Counted from the first letter of the stretch, positions 36,190 to 48,804 are shown. The stretch: DNA of 63,764 nucleotides from Squalus acanthias (GCA_030390025.1 CM059426.1:199144237-199208000); one strand, 5' to 3'. The notes: a model not told the origin generated them from the letters alone. Program-made: numbers and translations.

Positions 36190-36510
36190 GAACTAAAACA
36201 TTTTAATGAACTCCTGGAACCTTGTGAACAATGCCTCCAAACAGCACAAGCATGGTGCTTTTTAAGTCACTTTGCTTCTCGCTGTCGTATCTTTCCCAGC
36301 GCCTGTCGAGGGTAAGTGAAGGACCGCAGGTAAAACAAAATAACCCGTCGATGGCCTACACAGGTGCGCTGAACTACTCAAACCCGACAACGGGGAGAAA
36401 ACAAGGCTGCCTCATCTCGGCCGGTGATGTCTTAATATAGACGTTGATGGTGCTGCTGCCTCTGGAAGTGACCCTGAGAGTGATGTCCTTGGTGGGGTCG
36501 TGGACCCTGC
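36190..36510 (-). pseudogene. Possible ancient Harbinger transposase fragment
   Basis: Minus strand ITLRVT / SGS-FQ-like segment and EALFTRFQEFIK resemble VKVTAAL..ASGSFQ and DALF.RA..FIKF; frameshifted. Confidence 0.35.
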
Positions 36511-39500
36511 ATGGGTAACAGTGCTACCTCATCTACATAACCTGCTGCTGAAGTCCAGGCTCTCAGCAGTGACCATTTGGTCAAGTAAATGCAACATCTG
36601 TTTAGCTAGCAGCTTGTCTTCTTGCATAGAAAGTTACAAGAAAGAAGCCAGTGTTGCTGTCGATTCCAACAAAAGTGTTAATTGATACCTATGCACTTCT
36701 TATCTCACTGATTCAAATGCTCCACTTTAATTGAGGCTGCAAGGCTTTCTGTAGTAGTTGAATGGTTAAAAGTACACCCAAGTATGTTTATAATTGCTTG
36801 CCTCCTAGTGTGCATCCTTTGAAGACTTGTTGCAGGACAGGTGGTGCAGTAGTTAAGACATTGGCCTGGATATTAACAAGGGCAGGTTATATAGGCCGGG
36901 GAGGGCGGAGTTTCGGATGAGGAACCCGAAAGTCCAGGTTTCCCCACATGCTGTGGAGTTGTATTGTTTCATGGGTGTCAGCTCTCCTCTACCAGGATCT
37001 AGATTGAAAGTGCATTTCACACAAGACCTTTACAGCCTGCAGATGGAAGGGGCATTTATCCCGTTAACTTGGTCTCGATACAACTCCAGGGGCAAGAGGT
37101 CAAAGGATAATAGGCTGAATTTTAACCCCCAAAAACGGGTGGGTTGGGGTCAGGTTAAAATTTTTAAAAATCTGAAACCCGACCCCAACCAGCCCACTTC
37201 CGGGTTTAACAGAGGCGGGACAAGGGGTGGTCAGCCAACCCGCTCTCAGGATGCGGATTGGCAATTTAAATATTATAATGACCCTGTTGAAAGGACAAAG
37301 TGCACTCTGCAAAATTGTCATGTTGTCCTAAATATTATGAAAGCACACCTTTGTTTGTACACAGCTGTCTTTCAGTCATTGCGTTACCCTCCTTCAATTG
37401 CTTCACTTCTGCTGATTACAAGCAGCCTGCGAGGAGACGGTCTGTGTAGAACTCCAGCCCCTGTGACATCCTCAATGAGGGACCGTGGATTGGGAGCAGC
37501 ATTCCATGCTCAATTCCCAGGGTCAGTTATACAAGAACTCAGAGTCTTCCTGGGGAATTATTTTCTTACACTGTCCCATTATTGTAAAGATTGTTTCCAG
37601 TTTTTCACCACAGTTTATTTGATATGTCCCAGAGATGCAAAAACGCTGGAAAACCAGTCGCACACTTACAGACCCGCCAACCAGAGGGAAATGTCAGTGT
37701 GGAGAACTCCGCCAAATACCAAAGGAACAAAGCCCAGCCAGATTTCCACGGGATTCGGGGCTGTAATGGACCCCCAGGAGCTTTGGGTTGTTGCAAATCC
37801 CTCACCTAGTCTTTTCAATGCAGAATACAAACTAGGTACTGAGATAAATGTATAGGTTAAAAAAATAGGGTGACTCAGAATTGAGGGGTCACCCCTGAAA
37901 TGAGGATCAGTTTGAACACTGCTGTAACATGTTGTCAATTAGAATCTGTGAACTTGAATGGTTTAATAAAAGCCATTACTGTTGACAAGGATTTAGTGAG
38001 ATGAAAATAATGCTCCCCCAATATTCAAACAGTCATAAATCCAAACTGAAAACTCTTCTTCCCTTCTCCGCCACCCCCCCCCAAACTAAAATTCGAACTA
38101 AGTTATTTACTGTATTTTAATTTCTTTGTTGAATATCACCACCTGCCATATTTAATTAATACTGGATTTAAGCTTTCCAAATAGTTAGCACCTCAGAAGT
38201 TTTGAGATTGGTCTCATGAGTTTGTTTGCAAGAATATTACCAAACAAATGACCACACGTAAATGACTTTCCAAGGTCCTTGCGATCCTTCATTAACATTC
38301 AGTCAGCATAAGTCCTGACTTTATTATTGACTACATAGAATACACAATACACTGACCTCTGCCATTTGCAACTAAATCTCTTCTTGGAGATCTATCAGAG
38401 TGATTTCATCAGCTGAGGACAGCAACTAGCAGCTATTTAGTCACCTCAGACCTTTCTAGCCGAGCCTTTCTATTCCCCAGGAACACAGCTCAAAAAACTG
38501 AGGGAAACTTCAATGCTATTCCACCGCATCGACTTAAACTATAAAGCAACCACTATTCAATTAAACTAATACCTTCTCCACGAAAAGCCAAGTTAAGATG
38601 AACACAGGAGATAATGATGTCCAAGCTTTCCTTTGAAGGGGAGATTACTTCAGTCTCCTCCCCCCACCCAAAAAAATGTTTCTATTTCACCCCCCCCAGA
38701 AAAAAAACAATACTGTACAAAACAAAATGCTACTCTTCCACTAATGATGAAAAATGTGTATTGATATCCACTGTTTGCTATTCATAAACTGTTGAAACAA
38801 TAAAAATACCGGATGACTACAGCAATCCTTTGTACAAGTTTCACTCTCACAAGAACTCCTCAGCTCCATTTTGCGATATAGAATTCAAGCTTCAGTGAGA
38901 TCATTTCCGTGTAACTAATGAATGATATTATAATCTATCACACGGAGCTGCTTTCTATACAATAGCATCAACCATGAAAATGTGCTTAGCAATTTTTAAC
39001 TGATGAGTTTGGGCTCTACCAGTAAAATACTGAGGTCACGGCAATTTGTACAGGGTCATCCTTTCCCCTTCTTAAAACCAAAGTATTCAATGAGTTGTCA
39101 TTAGCCGAACATCCTTTTTTCGGAGACCTATTGAATGTTCTTATTGAAACCGAGTGGTGATGACATCATTTGGGAACTCAGAAGTCAGTGAGCCCCGAGT
39201 GTGAAGGAGTTGAATTAACATTAGTTGGGAGAAGTCATTAACCTAACTTTATCTCATGAAGTTAATTCAATTTCCTCAGACGATTGGGTTCAGTAACTGC
39301 TCCAAGTCACTGCTTAAACAAAATATTCCAAGAAAAATTAACAGAAAGGCAGAAATAAACAACAGGATGTTTAAGTCAGAAAAGATGTCAATCATTAGAA
39401 GTGACACTCATTTTGCTGTATATATCACACAGCTCCATTCATTTAAATAGGACTTTCAACAGATCTTACTGATCATAAACCGCACGGCCAATATATCCTC

Positions 39501-39564
39501 AGTGTTTAAAGTGAATGATTAATTCCCTGTAATTGTTAGTGCTGTTTTTTTTAAAAAAACGGGT

Positions 39565-39703
39565 TCTGTGCATAATTTTAATCTACCCCCTCCGGCAGGA
39601 AACTGACGGGATCAGATCAGAAGTCAATGGAGAGTAAAATAGGGCGGGCCAGCCGATCAATCCCGTCAGTTTCACACCAAGTGGGTTAGATTAAAATTAC
39701 CCA
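39565..39703. mobile_element. Short palindromic MITE
   Basis: TAATTTTAATCTA / TAGATTAAAATTA ends, internal GAAACTGACGGGAT / ATCCCGTCAGTTTC arms; related to 10531-10710. Confidence 0.7.
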
Positions 39704-39889
39704 AACTCTTTCATAACTGGCTGCTTGGTTACAGAGAAAAACAAATAGAGAGAATTTTTATTTAAATTTTCAATGTTTCCTACCCTGACTGTTTCTAAAA
39801 AAAATATGATATGGAGTTGTGTTTCCAACTATTATTATATTATAATTATAATTATAATTATAATGAGGCTGCGTGCCACATATTGATCC

Positions 39890-40750
39890 ACGATTTCAAA
39901 TTTAACTCTGGCCGGCCAGGTTTCCCAGGCCTCGGGAAACCCGTCGGCTAAAGGGAGGCGATGCCTGCGCCTTTCCACTTACCTGCTGGATCCAGCGTAC
40001 GTGCCTTGCCAACCCCTCGCGATTGGACACCCCTCCCCGACCTGCCCCATCTCCTCCGATCTCACCCCCGAGGCTTCTGATCTCACCCCCGGGCCTCCGA
40101 TCTCACCCCCGGGGCCTCCGATCTCACCCCCGAGGCTTCCGATCTCACCCCCGAGGCTTCCGATCTCACCCCCGAGGCTTCTGATCTCACCCCCGGGGCC
40201 TCCGATCTCACCCCCGAGGCTTCCGATCTCACCCCCGAGGCTTCCGATCTCACCCCCGGGGCCTCCGATCTCACCCCCGAGGCTTCCAATCTCACCCCCG
40301 AGGCCTCCGATCTCACCCCCGGGGCCTCCGATCTCACCCCCGGGGCCTCCGATCTCACAACTGCACCCCCCCCCTCCCAACTGGCCTCCAATCTATGACC
40401 CTCCCGGCCTCCAAACCCCCTCCCGCCCACCACCCCACCCCCGATCTCCGATCCCTTAGGCCTCCGATCTCCCTCCCCCGGCCTATGATCTCCAACGACC
40501 CCCCCCCCGCCCCCACACTGGCTTTCAACCCCCCACCTCTCCTCTCCGCGCTCTGGCTGTGGCCTGGTGCCAAAGGCCTACCGATTGACAGCCTCTCAAT
40601 CTGGCTGGCTGCAGTCGGGAAATGAAGAAATAAAATGTTAATCAGGTCCTGCTGTTAAATTCGACAAGGCCTGAGGGAAACCCGTTCTTCCGGGATTCTC
40701 AACCTCAATCCCCTCGCTCCCTCCCCGCCTCTGAGTAAAAATCCAGCCCC
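39890..40750. mobile_element. Harbinger-like element (left end eroded) carrying a minisatellite
   Basis: Right end GTAAAAATCCAGCCC resembles other Harbinger TIRs here; internal GGAAACCCG motifs; GC-rich. Confidence 0.55.
40050..40358 (+). repeat. 21-bp minisatellite, ~14 copies
   Basis: Unit C(C/T)TCCGATCTCACCCCCG(A/G)GG; 7-aa periodic ORFs. Confidence 0.95.
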
Positions 40751-40754
40751 AAGT

Positions 40755-41080
40755 CCTGCTTGCACATCACTGGTCCTCACTGATCTACGTTGACTCCCAG
40801 TCCCCGAGTGTTTAAACCTTTTCAAGCCCTCACTCCTCCCTATCTCTGTAACCCCCTCCAGCCCTACAACCCTCTCACCATAAACTTTAATCTCTCTAAC
40901 TCTGGCCTTTTTTCCATGCCACCCTTTGCCCCACTTTTGGCAGCCCTGCCTTCAGCCACCTAGACCCTCGTTTAGGAATTCTCCCTCTTAAAGATTTGGC
41001 TGTCCACTTCCCTCTTCTCCTTTAAGACCTTCCTTAAAGCCCACCTTGTTAAAGATGCTATATAAATGAAAGTTGTTGTC
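40755..41080 (+). mobile_element. Degraded L2 3' end
   Basis: CTATCTCTGTAACC..CTCCAGCCCTACAACCC, CCTTTAAGACC.TCCTTAAA and GCTATATAAATG tail match 25080-25400. Confidence 0.8.
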
Positions 41081-41442
41081 ATTATTGTGACTTTTCCATT
41101 TCCCACACTAGTACAGTGGGAGGTGCCAGTCTGAGGTTGTGGTTAGGGCAGAGAAGCGAAACGTCTAACTTTGCATCCAGCCGTACTATACCTAAGCAGA
41201 AAGTGCTTACTACCGACACTAATGATGAGAAGTGGAGATGTCCTCAGTACTGACATCTCAATTACTAAAAGAAAAAAATATAAAGTTGCAACTTAATAAT
41301 TAAAGTGTCACAACATGTGAAATTTGTGGTTTATTTTTAATGTACCAAAAAATGACCACCTATAACCAATCAAGGGTTAATTAGATGATGTGCTTTGTCC
41401 TGAGTTTTCAGCCTATGGTGTATAGTATAGTATAATACTTTG

Positions 41443-41800
41443 CTGAGGGAATGCTGCACTGGCGGAGGTGCCATCTTTCGGATGAGACGTTAAACCGAGG
41501 CCCTGTCTGCTCTCTCAGGTGGATGTAAAAGATCCCATGGCACTATTTCGAAGAAGAGCAGGGGAGTTACCCCCGGTGTCCTGGCCAATATTTATCCCTC
41601 AATTAACATAACAAAAACAGATTATCTGGTCATTATCACATTGCTGTTTGTGGGAGCTTGTTGTGTGCAAATTGGCTGCCGCGTTTCCCAGATTACAACA
41701 GTGACTACACTTCAGAAAGTACTTGATTGGCTGTAAAGCACTTTGAGACGTCCGGTGGTCGTGAAAGGCGCTATATAAATGCAAGTCTTTCTTTCTTTTG
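41443..41800 (+). mobile_element. DeuSINE (SacSINE1-like), 5'-truncated, well preserved
   Basis: Near-colinear with 13035-13390; GGCGCTATATAAATGCAAGTCTTTCTTTC tail. Confidence 0.9.
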
Positions 41801-42023
41801 TGTATAGTTCAAATTGGCCTCAACGCCCATCCTGAACTTACATTTTTAATCATTTCTCCTTGAATTACTAAATTGTCCCTTCTTACAATATCACAGCGAA
41901 CAATTTTATGTGTCTGCAGTTTGTCTTTATATTTGTTAATGGATTGCTGTCAAACCTAAATGTGCCTTCATATTGGTTGGATAACAGCAACAGTTGGCTG
42001 AAGTACCTGACAGCAGACATGTT

Positions 42024-42848
42024 GGCCGTGATTTTGTAAATGGATGCGGCTTGGGAGCAGGTCAGCTGGTTTCCGAGTTCCAGTCCCGCCCCCAACTGCA
42101 TCCGGTCAACGGACGTGATTTTACGTCGATTGGCCTTGTTAAGCCCGCCCTGCGGGCTTGCCGGCCAATTAAGAAGAAGCTGGTCAGATGACGTCATTTG
42201 ATGACGCGTCATCTGCCGGTTTCCTTAAAGGGACCACACACAATTTTTCTTTGACAGCTCATTTCTCAGTGTTTGACAGCATTGAGGGGCTGCAAACACT
42301 GACAATGACTGTTCACAGGTGAGCTCTTGCACCCTGGCTCTCCAGTGATTCCCTCCTTAGGCTAGAACAGATGGCAGCTGCAGGTGAGGTTACAGAAGCA
42401 ATCTGTCACTGGTGAGAGAGGTTCTCCCAATGAGGTGGGACTAGACAGCCAATTCAAAACTTGTTACCTACAGAAAAGTGGAAATGCATTAAAAATGATT
42501 TTCCCAACATTTCCTGACCTCTGAAACTCACCAGTGCACCATTGGATCCTTCACACCACTTCTGCAGAAACATTACAGCAAACTCACAACACGCCACACT
42601 TACCTGGCGTGGTGTCCGGATGTTGGGGAACCCGAGGCAGAAGCGGCAAAATTGAAAAAGAGGTAAGTGGCTATAATCCTCTTCCCGCCGCTAGGTGTCG
42701 GGTCCATGCGCAAATCAGGGACCCGACACTTGGGAAGATTGATTGGAGGCGGGTTGACAGCGGGTTTCCTGCCCGCTGTCAATCTTTGCCATTTTGACAG
42801 CGGTCCCGCCTCCAATCCCGCTCTCTGAGTACCGTCAAAATTCTGGCC
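42024..42848 (-). mobile_element. ~825-bp Harbinger deletion derivative (inverted relative to 11199-12021)
   Basis: TIRs GGCCGTGATTTTG / CAAAATTCTGGCC; TSD GTT (42021-42023, 42849-42851). Confidence 0.9.
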
Positions 42849-43029
42849 GTTATAGGGTTAAAATCCTAGTGTAGGTGCAGATACTGAACTATGAAAACAA
42901 CTAAGATCCCAGGCAATATCTGCTTATCAATGGCACCTTATGATATTATGATTTAATATTAAGAGAATCTGTGCTATTGTTGCTTTGATCATAATCGATT
43001 GACAGTCTTATTTTCAAAGGAATGAAGGA

Positions 43030-43580
43030 AGGGTGTAAATAAAATAGCAGAATAGAAGTCAGAGGAAGTTATGATCAAACTGTATGAGGCTCTGGTTAGG
43101 CCGCACCTGGAGAATTGTCGGGTTCTGGTCGCTAAGAGAGAGGTTCAAGCATTGGAGGCAGTGCAGAGGAGAGCCATGAGGCTGATCTCAGAGTCAGGGG
43201 TCTGAGTTATGAGGAAAGACCGGAGAAACTCGGGCTTTTCAGCTTGGAAAGGAGGCGTCTGAGAGGCGATTTTATAGATGTGTATAAGATTGTAAATTGT
43301 ATGGAAGAGGTTAATTTGGAATATTACTTTAATTTAGGCAGTGGGAGTAAGACATGGGGAAAGAGGTTTAAACCAGTAAAGGGTTGTCTTAGGACTGATA
43401 TCAGGAGGTTCTTCACACACCGAGTGATCAACACTTGGAATGGAGAGTGGCGGAAGTGAAAATCCTGGAATAATTTAAGAAACAATTTGATACAACAATG
43501 GGGGAGTGTAGGGTTCTGGTTGGATGAATTAAGATGGATCTAATGGCCTTCCTCAACCACAAGTATCTTGTGATTTTGTG
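43030..43580 (+). mobile_element. CR1 3' region (older family)
   Basis: EVMIKLYEALVRPHLENC; LERRRLRGDFIDVYKI; FFTHRVINTWN. Confidence 0.88.
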
Positions 43581-43920
43581 AACTGGTCAGCCGAGCAGTA
43601 CAGAGCACCGTTTGACCAGCCAGGAATCCCTACTGCTAAGCAGCTTGCAAGGGTTATCTGGAGCAATGTGAGAGGAATCACAACCCCCAGCAACAGGGAT
43701 TAATCGTTAGACCTGGACTACACTAGTTCAGCACAGCGGAAAGCAAAAGATGAAGATTTCAGTTCAAAAGGGACAGCGTCCACTTGGGGAAACTGTCGCC
43801 AGGCTATTTGAATGAGAAAATAGTGCTGGAAAAATTGTGAACCCAAGCAAAATCATCTTTAAATTGCGGCCTTGAAATATTCTCCAGTTCAATTAACCTG
43901 GCTGCACATCTAAAGATTTA

Positions 43921-44811
43921 GGGAGAGAAATTCGGTATCGCCCCGTTTGGGGCACAATTATCGGCCGGGCGCAAAGTTTAGCGCCTGGCGCTAATTATTG
44001 CCTCCGACTGCAAATTTGGCTTCTATCGCCCCTGGAGGTGATTGGAGCGCTAAATCAGGCGCTACACACCTCTCTTAAGGCGCTAACGCCAAGGAGCGCG
44101 GCGCTACCTCAGAGCACTGGCGAAGCTCATGTGATGTCAGTTAGCAATGGAACACAGACACACTGGCGCCGGCCAGTTCTTAAAGGGGAGGGTCGATCTT
44201 GCTCTCCATCCACACCCTGCTCATTGCAGCCTTGAATCTCGGCCTGGAGAGACCTGTACATCAAATCTGCTGGAAAGAACAATGGAGAGGCCCAGTGAAA
44301 AAGCTCAGAGTGCAGCCCCCATAGTCTCTTCTAAATTGATGCAAGGAAAGTCAAATCAAAATGAACCTGCAAAGTGCTGCTCAGTACCCAAAACTCCTTC
44401 ACACAGTGTTGAATCTCTCCAGAAGTCTCTCTCTCTCTCCCAGAATGCGTGGTGCAAAAATGTCGCCGACAAAAAAAGGCAGGAAGCGGCCGCCTTTAAA
44501 TAGTGCTCCCCCAGTCCCTTAGCGACTGCAAAACATTCCCCTCTACCTGTCGTTGCTAGCGGCAGGCGGAAAGGCAGGGGGCGCCACTCAATATCTGGTC
44601 CGGGGCACTACCGAGGCATTGCACGCTCGACTGACGTCACGATCTGCGGGCGCAGGAGATCATGGCGGTACTGTTTAGCACCGCCGCAAAATGTCTGGTT
44701 AATTTCGCGAGCGGCGCAAACATCGCCGTGCCCTGGCGCTAGTTGATTGCGCCCCATTAGCGCCCTCTTAGGGCACTAACGGGAGGCGCAAAGCAACCGG
44801 ATTTTTCCCCC
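43921..44811 (+). mobile_element. ~890-bp non-autonomous PIF/Harbinger element, copy 4 (subfamily B)
   Basis: GGGAGAGAAATTCGG / CCGGATTTTTCCCCC ends; TSD TTA (canonical Harbinger). Confidence 0.93.
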
Positions 44812-44984
44812 TTATTTTGTAAAATAAAGAAAAGCTTTGAGCTTCTCTGTACTGCTTCATCCATTAACATTAATAGAGAGGTGACTCCAAAGAGTGAGTC
44901 AGGCACCACAACCTTATGTAACCAAGTTTTCAAATGCATTAATAGTTAAGAAATGTAGAACAGGAGCAAAAGCAAAAATTGTAG

Positions 44985-45540
44985 GAGACTGATGAGGTCG
45001 GGTAGAGCGAAGCCCATGGAGGAATGTAAAGGTGAGGGAAGAGGATCTTAAATTTAATTCACCAGGGCACAGCTAGGGCAATGACCCTGCTAGGGTGCAG
45101 GCTGCACTATTTTGGATGAGCTGTAGTTTGTGGAGAGTTAGGAGTGGAGAGGTTGGGAAGGAAGGCATTAGTGGAGAATTTCAGTCTTGAGGTAATAATG
45201 GATAAGGATTCAGCATCAGAGGGGGGCGGGAGAGTGAGGCACAGAGGCAGAGAATGTTTTGGAAGTGAAATACAGTTGTTTTTTTGAGTTGATGGGGGGA
45301 GCAAGCTGCACTGGCGGCAGGGGGGGGGGGGGAGGCGGAGTGGGGCAGGGTGAGCCTTAGCCTAAAGTGGCAGCTAGAGAGACTGATGGAATTGAAGCCT
45401 GTGGTGCTTTGATGTTTCCAAGGGCTGTGAGGGTGGCTTCAATTTCGCAGATGTTTGAAGGAGGTTCTGGGTCATTCAGGTCTCAATGTTGGATAGGCAG
45501 CTGAAGAGATTGGCAACGGCTTTGGGGTCAATGGAGGAGG
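44985..45540 (-). mobile_element. Degraded L2 LINE fragment
   Basis: TTTTGGATGAGCTG.AGTTT.TGGAG and AGTCTTGAGGTAA match L2 segments at 32505-32575. Confidence 0.65.
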
Positions 45541-47111
45541 GTTACATGAACGATGGTCACTTGGGCAATGTATCAGAGGCCATGCAACCAAAGTGGAGAC
45601 TTTCTGTCCCCTAAGGAGTGAAACAAGCGCTGGGAGACCAGGAAATCTGGCTCACATCCATCTAGCTGGATCAGCACTGCTCTAGGTTATCCCAGCAGGC
45701 CTTTTAGGTTGGTGTGAAGTAGTCTCACCAAAAAGGAGCCGTGGCTTAATTTAAATATTATAATTGATTTAAAGGAAACCTCACTCGATTTTTTCATCCA
45801 TTCAGAGCAGGAGTTGGCTGGGTGCTTCCTTCAACCATCTGGAGTGGGCCTAAAGGAAGCTTCAAGAGTAAAAGATCAAAAGCTGTTTTCTTTTTCTTTT
45901 CTCATTTGTCAGGATATTTTTAGTACTGGCTTCAGTTAATAAAGTTGGTTTGACACATATGAAATTTTTTTCATGCTGTATTTTTCTCGTTTTAGTGCCA
46001 GTACCAAAAACATCTCATAATTCCTTCATGAAAGGAGAGAAGGAGTGAAAAAGCTGTGAGCGAAAAAAAAATCACAAATTTACAGCACGGTCAATCCACA
46101 ATACAACCCTCCCACTGGACTAAAATACTCTCCCATTTAATTTGTTATTGATGGAGTGATGACCAGAATGTTGCAGCCGGTACAAGTTTGGCCAGGTTCT
46201 TAAATTCTGGGTTTTTTCCATAAGACAATTTTTGAGCTACATTAGTAAGTACATTCAATCTGGAATTCCAGTTGAGCTGACCCAATCTGTCAAATCTAGA
46301 ACTACATCTGAACTGCTCAAAACCACTGGCCCAAAGTCAACAGTCCATATGAAAGCATGGCACAGCTCCAAGTATTTTTTTAAGCAAATTGGATCAACAG
46401 ATGAACAGGGAGACCCCAGCACTGTGCTTAGCTAGCATACACTGCCAAAATTTCACCCAAACTCCATGCCCAAGCTACCTTCTTACTTACTCACTGCACT
46501 TGACCAAAGCCTCCTGCCAAAGGTAGACACTGTTGATGTGGAGTGTGACCCAAACGCACAACACACTCTCAGGTCCTCAGTGTCTGCATCCGCAAGTATC
46601 ATGGCATCTGTGCACATACCACCACCCAATAAAGCACAGACTTTACTCAATAGACATTTGATGTGAACAGAAAATGAACGTTGGTTTGGATATCTCAACA
46701 AGCTGATAAATCTGCCCTTTCTTTTTTACAAAAGATCCGTACCAAGTTCACTGTAAGGGCTGTTTGTGAAGTTTCAGCTTCTTAGCCCAATATCATATTC
46801 AATTACACGGTGCTGCCAATTCCATTCCTTCACTCCTTGGGCCAGCAGCCCAATTGTTATTTTAACTGGTACTACAAAGGGAATGTGTTCTCACTTGATT
46901 TTGTATTCATGCTAGGTTGGGAGGAGGGGAGAAAGAGGGGCAGAAAGAAATTAGGCCATGTCATTTTAAAACAACAAGACGGACGGAATATGACTGTTTA
47001 TCATCCCCTAACATGCTTTGTTCTTCAAAGAGCAATTTGTACTTCATTGACTGTAGTTTATGCAAATGGTAACACAGGAATTAACATATTGGAAGTGGAT
47101 GACATTTGTCC

Positions 47112-47274
47112 NNNNNNNNNNNNNNNNNNNNNNNNNNNNNNNNNNNNNNNNNNNNNNNNNNNNNNNNNNNNNNNNNNNNNNNNNNNNNNNNNNNNNNNNN
47201 NNNNNNNNNNNNNNNNNNNNNNNNNNNNNNNNNNNNNNNNNNNNNNNNNNNNNNNNNNNNNNNNNNNNNNNNNN
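47112..47274. other. Assembly gap (163 N)
   Basis: Run of n characters. Confidence 1.
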
Positions 47275-47631
47275 GGATGGCATGGAATGGCTATATTTTT
47301 CCGCAAAGTCAGCAGAAAGCCGGCTCTATCAAGGACGACAGCAACACTGTCCTTTTTGACCCACACAGATGAATTCATCTCAATTCTTGTCCCATTTTCA
47401 GTCAATACATGTATGCGCAGTCATTGTAAATAAATACATTTAAGTGGAGCTAAGGGTATATTGAATCCTTGTTAAATCATGTTTACTCCATTAAATCTTT
47501 TAGCCTATGCATGCATTTCAGATCGACCTGAGAGAGCCATGGAGTATAATAAGCTGAGCAAGTCTACCTTAATACAGATTTTATTCACCGTTTATTTTTA
47601 TACAGTATTCTTACTTTATAGTGTGTAAATT

Positions 47632-47835
47632 ATTCAGTGGGTAAATGTGGTGCGATACTGAGTCGCACAGACCAGGGAGGTCCCAGGTTCAATCCCTGAG
47701 TTAATTTAAGCCAACGCAGCAATGGGGATACTACAGTTGGCTGCAATGTCTCTGAGCTGGAAAGGGTTAGGGTCCCGGCTCCTGAGCACTACCCAATGAC
47801 CTCTAGTGGAACATGCATGCGTGTATGTTGGACAC
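47632..47835 (+). mobile_element. tRNA-derived SINE, same family as 14380-14580
   Basis: TTCAGTGGGTAA A-box-like, CCCAGGTTCAATCCC B-box, GCTCCTG...CCAATGACC 3' block. Confidence 0.65.
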
Positions 47836-47949
47836 CACCCAGTTAGGCTGCAATAACCTTGCGGTCTAGGCGCACATATGAAGAATGACCTGATAGCATT
47901 AAATACTGGAAAGCTGTCAACATTGCTGGAAACGTGTGCATCAATAAAC

Positions 47950-48330
47950 AGGGTAAGATAGTGTAATGGCTGTGTTGCTGGACTAGTAAATCAGAGGCCT
48001 GGGCTAATAATCCAGAGAACGCAAGTTCAAATCCCACAGTTTAAGAATTTGAATCCAGTTTTTAAAAATCTGGAAATAAAAAGCTGGTATCAGTAAAAGT
48101 TATCGTGAAGCTATCGGATTGTCGCAAAAACCCACCTGGTTCACTGGTTCCTTTATGGAAGGAAACCTGCCATCCTTATCTGTTCTGGTCCATATGTGAC
48201 TCCAACGTGGTTCACTGTCCACTACCCTCTGAAGTGGCCTAGCAAATGCAACCCTTATATACAAGGTAAATTAGGGATAGGTAATAAATGCCGGCCTTGC
48301 CACCAGCACCCATAGCCTGAGAATGAATTA
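47950..48330 (+). mobile_element. tRNA-derived SINE with MetaSINE-like core and LINE-derived tail
   Basis: B-box AGTTCAAATCC; core GGATTGTCGCAAAAACCCACCTGGTTCACT...GGAAGGAAACCTGCC; tail matches 29695-29757. Confidence 0.75.
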
Positions 48331-48572
48331 CCACCATTAAAATAGTTGTAAAAGTAAAACAAAACAACAACAAAAATGCTGGGGATCGCACAGCTGACTT
48401 CAGTCAGGCAACCACCACTAACTAACATGCAAGCAGCACCATCTAATGCAAACTGTGCAAGGTGTTTAATAACACAGCATTCCACTGTAAACCATTAGCT
48501 TGAGTTTCACCCAGTATGAGGTATATATTAACCCAGTATCGCACTAATACATGCAGAATGAGGTATACAATA

Positions 48573-48709
48573 TAAAAGCAAAATACTGCCGATGCTGGAA
48601 ATCTGAAATAAAAACAGAAAATGCTGGAAATACTCAGCAGGTCAGGCAGCATCTGTGGAGAGAGAGAGAAATAGAGTCAACGTTTCAGGTCCATGGCCTT
48701 TCGTCAGAA
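48573..48709 (-). mobile_element. Penelope-like element terminal fragment
   Basis: Minus strand TTCTGACGAAAGG...GAAACGTTGACTCT...CCACAGATGCTGCCTGACCTGCTGAG...CCAGCAT; AATATA on both flanks; family assignment from recollection and from the hammerhead motif. Confidence 0.7.
48674..48709 (-). ncRNA. Minimal type I hammerhead ribozyme core (probably degenerate)
   Basis: CUGACGA - A AGGCC AUG GACCU (stem II, one mismatch) - GAAA CGUU with palindromic AACGUU as stem III; stem I poorly paired. Confidence 0.6.
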
Positions 48710-48804
48710 ATATATAATAACCCAGTATCACACTAATACATACAGTATGAGGTATTTAATAATTCAGTATCACACTAATACTTACAGTATTGCATAGTAT
48801 TTAC

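Larger units (their letters stand above)
48505..48790 (+). repeat. Degenerate 42-bp tandem repeat, left part
   Basis: AACCCAGTATCACACTAATACATACAGTATGAGGTATTTAAT units. Confidence 0.85.

Noticed and set aside
36917-37855. 312-aa ORF as a host gene
   Set aside because: No recognisable domain; it runs across apparent MITE fragments (e.g. ~37113-37270) and unrelated sequence.
39979-40459. Collagen-like or Pro-rich repeat ORFs
   Set aside because: Translation of the 21-bp minisatellite.
46810-47433. ORFs spanning 47.1-47.3 kb
   Set aside because: Artefacts of translating through the N gap.
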